A stretch of DNA of 64,000 nucleotides from positions 32,001 to 96,000 of the IMG/VR virus record IMGVR_UViG_3300042396_000450. One strand, written 5' to 3'. This DNA comes from a virus. Below the pieces are notes generated by a model. It saw nothing but the letters and a program-made list of their open reading frames with translations, ran no database searches and had not been told where the DNA came from. This document shows positions 61,436 through 64,000 of this stretch, one piece after another. The position numbers and the translations under genes were made by a program. Positions within the stretch are counted from its first letter, which is position 1. Each line of letters begins with the position of its first letter.

Positions 61436-61627
61436 TTATTCTCCTAATGGATAAATGTCATCTAAAAACACTAACTTAACCCAATACATATCTAATGTAA
61501 GATCCTTAGTTATTGATACTACATCAGCATAAGTACCCCAGAAATAAACATAACCAGTATCTAATAACCTGAGAGCTTCTGACTCAGTAAGAAAAATAGT
61601 TATGGTTCTGATTGATGTAAATATCAT
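61436..61627 (-). CDS. Hypothetical protein
   Basis: 63-aa ORF. Confidence 0.45.
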   Translation of the reverse strand: MIFTSIRTITIFLTESEALRLLDTGYVYFWGTYADVVSITKDLTLDMYWVKLVFLDDIYPLGE

Positions 61628-61968
61628 GAGTTTAAGTAATCATATTCTTCCCAATACTTATCTCTGAATTTATAAAGTATCTCTAAATTTTCATTACCGT
61701 AATCACCTAATGACAACACTCTATTAATAGTATATTGCCAATGATGAGCTTTATCATAATAAGGTGTTATTTTAATGTGACAGTAACATCCATCAACTGC
61801 AACATCATATATCTGATTAGCTAATATCCAAGTGTCACGATGGGCTAATTTAGCTGCATTATGAGAATCCATACAATCTTGATAGTTTGTATAACTTTCA
61901 TATTCAACATCATATAACAATCGTATTATCTCTTGTATCTTATTCCACTTAACATCATTACTTAACAT
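61624..61968 (-). CDS. Hypothetical protein
   Basis: 114-aa ORF. Confidence 0.55.
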   Translation of the reverse strand: MLSNDVKWNKIQEIIRLLYDVEYESYTNYQDCMDSHNAAKLAHRDTWILANQIYDVAVDGCYCHIKITPYYDKAHHWQYTINRVLSLGDYGNENLEILYKFRDKYWEEYDYLNS

Positions 61969-62371
61969 ATTTAACCTGCTTAATAATGTAAATAACTACA
62001 CATAGAATCATTATGGCGGGAATAATATGGATGGCGCGATCTACACACAACTTATTATGTATGTTGACATACTGCCAAGATAGACTAACAAATAAACTTG
62101 GTATGCCTATATCTATTAGTATCTCAACTATGTGAAGTAGTGATCTGTATAAGCTTGACTTCCGCGAGTTATCGTATTCACGTTGAATCTCTAACCAGTA
62201 ATGTTCATCATGTCCTAATAGTATAGCTAGATGTTTAGCTAGATATTCATTAATTGGTTTAACACCTTCAATAGTAAGTAATATGTCTGATTCACTATAT
62301 CCAGTTGATTTAGCTATCTGAGATATAGTTACATTACTATTTATTATTGTTGTTCCAAGTTTATCGTTCAT
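61958..62371 (-). CDS. HigA-like HTH domain fused to two hydrophobic helices
   Basis: SQIAKSTG.S...I.G.KPI...A..L...LG....YWLEIQ.EYD. Confidence 0.68.
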   Translation of the reverse strand: MNDKLGTTIINSNVTISQIAKSTGYSESDILLTIEGVKPINEYLAKHLAILLGHDEHYWLEIQREYDNSRKSSLYRSLLHIVEILIDIGIPSLFVSLSWQYVNIHNKLCVDRAIHIIPAIMILCVVIYIIKQVKYVK

Positions 62372-62594
62372 AATTACTCCCTATACATTCTGTTACCCGT
62401 AGAACTATAACCAATTTAAGTGCATCTACTATTAAATCAACTAACCATTCATCTACATCAACAACTAGATTGTACCAATTAACATTATCACTTGATGTTT
62501 GAACAACCCAATCTTGATATACAGATGGCTTCCTTGACACATCTATTTTTCTTACGTACTTTATATCTTCTCTATTCATCAGAATCTTCTCCAT
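62361..62594 (-). CDS. Hypothetical protein
   Basis: 77-aa ORF. Confidence 0.5.
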   Translation of the reverse strand: MEKILMNREDIKYVRKIDVSRKPSVYQDWVVQTSSDNVNWYNLVVDVDEWLVDLIVDALKLVIVLRVTECIGSNYER

Positions 62595-62790
62595 TAAGAA
62601 ATTGAGTTAATGTTGCATTAGGATAATGCTTTTTACAATCTTTATAAGCTTGATATTTGCTGTATTTAGCAGGAGAATATTTAACTTCAGATTTATCGTC
62701 TATTGCAAATACATATTGAATCATATTATTAAGCGGGCTATTAACCCGCACTACTCTAACCTTCTTTAACGAATGGATAATTAAAATCAA
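62572..62790 (-). CDS. Hypothetical protein (start probably MIQYVF)
   Basis: Short ORF. Confidence 0.4.
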   Translation of the reverse strand: MILIIHSLKKVRVVRVNSPLNNMIQYVFAIDDKSEVKYSPAKYSKYQAYKDCKKHYPNATLTQFLNGEDSDE

Positions 62791-63901
62791 TACGACCTTC
62801 TCTCATAGCTGCAATATCCCATCGTTCAGTTGTATTGCAAGTGAAGATTGTAATGATTTGAGGTAAACGAGTTTGTTCAAATGGTGTAATAGCTGTATAG
62901 ACATTACCATCTAACCAAGATAACATCTTCTCAGTTGCGCCATCATTATTAGATGTCCGACTTGGAGCTATGTTATCTGCATCATTAACAACTATGGCTA
63001 TTTTAGATAGGTATGCTGGAGGTGTAAAACTTCTCATACTAGCACTATCCATGTTGATGATGATGTAACCTAGTTTAGATAACACTTCCTTACAATAGGA
63101 GTTACTCCAACTAGTTTTACCAACACCGGGTTCTCCAGTTAATATTACATTGAGTTTATTAATCTCACCTAACTCAAGTTGTTTAACTTTATCATTAATA
63201 ACATTAGTTAATTCAGCATTATTAACGAAACTACTTAATTCATAGTTAGCATTAGGATAACCAATTTGATAATTATCACTTGTTATATAAGCTGCTAAAT
63301 TAGATGCAGCTTTATCAATGTAACTATGTAATGTAGTTTCATCAGCAAAACTAACTCTAATACGCGGATTGTCCCCATATTGAGTATGGATAATACACGT
63401 TGCGTTATCCCATTTAACTTCGATAGTTCCAACTAAAGTTAACTTAGCAACATCTACATTAACATCATGTGATAGAAATACTCTACGACTATCATCCCAT
63501 ACGTATTGAATAATACTATTAGGTAGACCAAGTAAATTAACTATTCGATAGATAATACTTAATTGAAGTAGGTCTAATATGTGAGGTTTATTATTGCTAT
63601 TATTAACCTTCCCAGTATTACGAGTTGTATCATCTACACTAATGTAGTAGAACCCACCTTCATCTTCGATATTACACTTACTAGTTTCAACGATGAACGT
63701 ATCCCAACTATCAGATACAGTTTCGCTAAATAGAGCAATAATATTAGCTATAGGATGTCTAGTTACATTGAACAATTCATTACTAACTGTAGATATAAAC
63801 TTACCTGCATTCCAGAGATTAATGCGCGATATATCAATCTCAGGAGTGAATATTTCCCAACCTTCAGCTACTAGTTGAGCAATTTCTGTTTGTTTAGACA
63901 T
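62756..63901 (-). CDS. AAA+ ATPase
   Basis: GEPGVGKT, VVNDAD, TCN, D.A..REGRID arginine-finger region. Confidence 0.82.
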   Translation of the reverse strand: MSKQTEIAQLVAEGWEIFTPEIDISRINLWNAGKFISTVSNELFNVTRHPIANIIALFSETVSDSWDTFIVETSKCNIEDEGGFYYISVDDTTRNTGKVNNSNNKPHILDLLQLSIIYRIVNLLGLPNSIIQYVWDDSRRVFLSHDVNVDVAKLTLVGTIEVKWDNATCIIHTQYGDNPRIRVSFADETTLHSYIDKAASNLAAYITSDNYQIGYPNANYELSSFVNNAELTNVINDKVKQLELGEINKLNVILTGEPGVGKTSWSNSYCKEVLSKLGYIIINMDSASMRSFTPPAYLSKIAIVVNDADNIAPSRTSNNDGATEKMLSWLDGNVYTAITPFEQTRLPQIITIFTCNTTERWDIAAMREGRIDFNYPFVKEG

Positions 63902-64000
63902 TTTAATTCCTTTTTCTTACGTTGTTTAAATAGTGACTTGAATTTGCGTCGTCTACTCATTAATCAATGATTCAAGTTTCTGTTTAGCTTCAACAGTTTT

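Larger units (their letters stand above)
246..63920. repeat. Dispersed over-represented motif GTAAGAAAA (about 49 copies, both strands)
   Basis: Plus-strand copies near 246, 3785, 4921, 7474, 9233, 10277, 15131, 20140, 22514, 25630, 28229, 31319, 36429, 37575, 40294, 42149, 45131, 46856, 48098, 51979, 53525, 55541, 58132, 61587. Minus-strand copies (TTTTCTTAC) near 2639, 6460, 11010, 15461, 16085, 17280, 24700, 27286, 28720, 29144, 33484, 35217, 38498, 39533, 42428, 46051, 47608, 49760, 50655, 53691, 55572, 59463, 61365, 62547, 63912. Counted by hand. Confidence 0.9.

Noticed and set aside
10570-63370. Apparent excess of CCGC/GCGG words
   Set aside because: An impression only. It could not be counted reliably by hand and needs k-mer statistics.
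246-63920. CRISPR array or promoter interpretation of the GTAAGAAAA repeats
   Set aside because: The copies are only 9-13 nt, about a kilobase apart, intragenic and in both orientations.

Overview
A 64-kb segment of a large, AT-rich (roughly 30% GC by eye) tailed dsDNA phage genome. A cyanobacterial host is inferred only from the style of its antirepressor-like and LamG proteins. Virion genes (2141-aa tape measure, tail/baseplate proteins, tail fibre, LamG protein, portal) lie on the + strand. They are interleaved with long - strand arrays for replication (split PolB, primase, two RecA-fold helicase-like ATPases, SSB, Sak4-like ATPase, PD-(D/E)XK exonuclease, RuvC), nucleotide metabolism (class II RNR with a PduO-like adenosyltransferase, ThyA, DHFR, dCMP deaminase, dNMP kinase, MazG, HD, CYTH), RNA/tRNA repair (Rnl1, Pnk, Thg1, nucleotidyltransferase, GlyRS-like core) and proteolysis (ClpP, ClpS). 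A tRNA-Pro gene lies on the + strand. Three signals stand out. (1) The 9-mer GTAAGAAAA occurs about 49 times, in both orientations, mostly inside coding sequence. (2) At least six small proteins share a C-terminal tag, [ST/N]Y-x-[DS]IL-[DEN]-[KA]L-stop, and two of them sit directly behind clpS. (3) A promoter-driven structured RNA precedes the tRNA. Many small accessory genes are broken by single nonsense or frameshift lesions. All protein assignments come from recognising motifs by eye; no searches were run.
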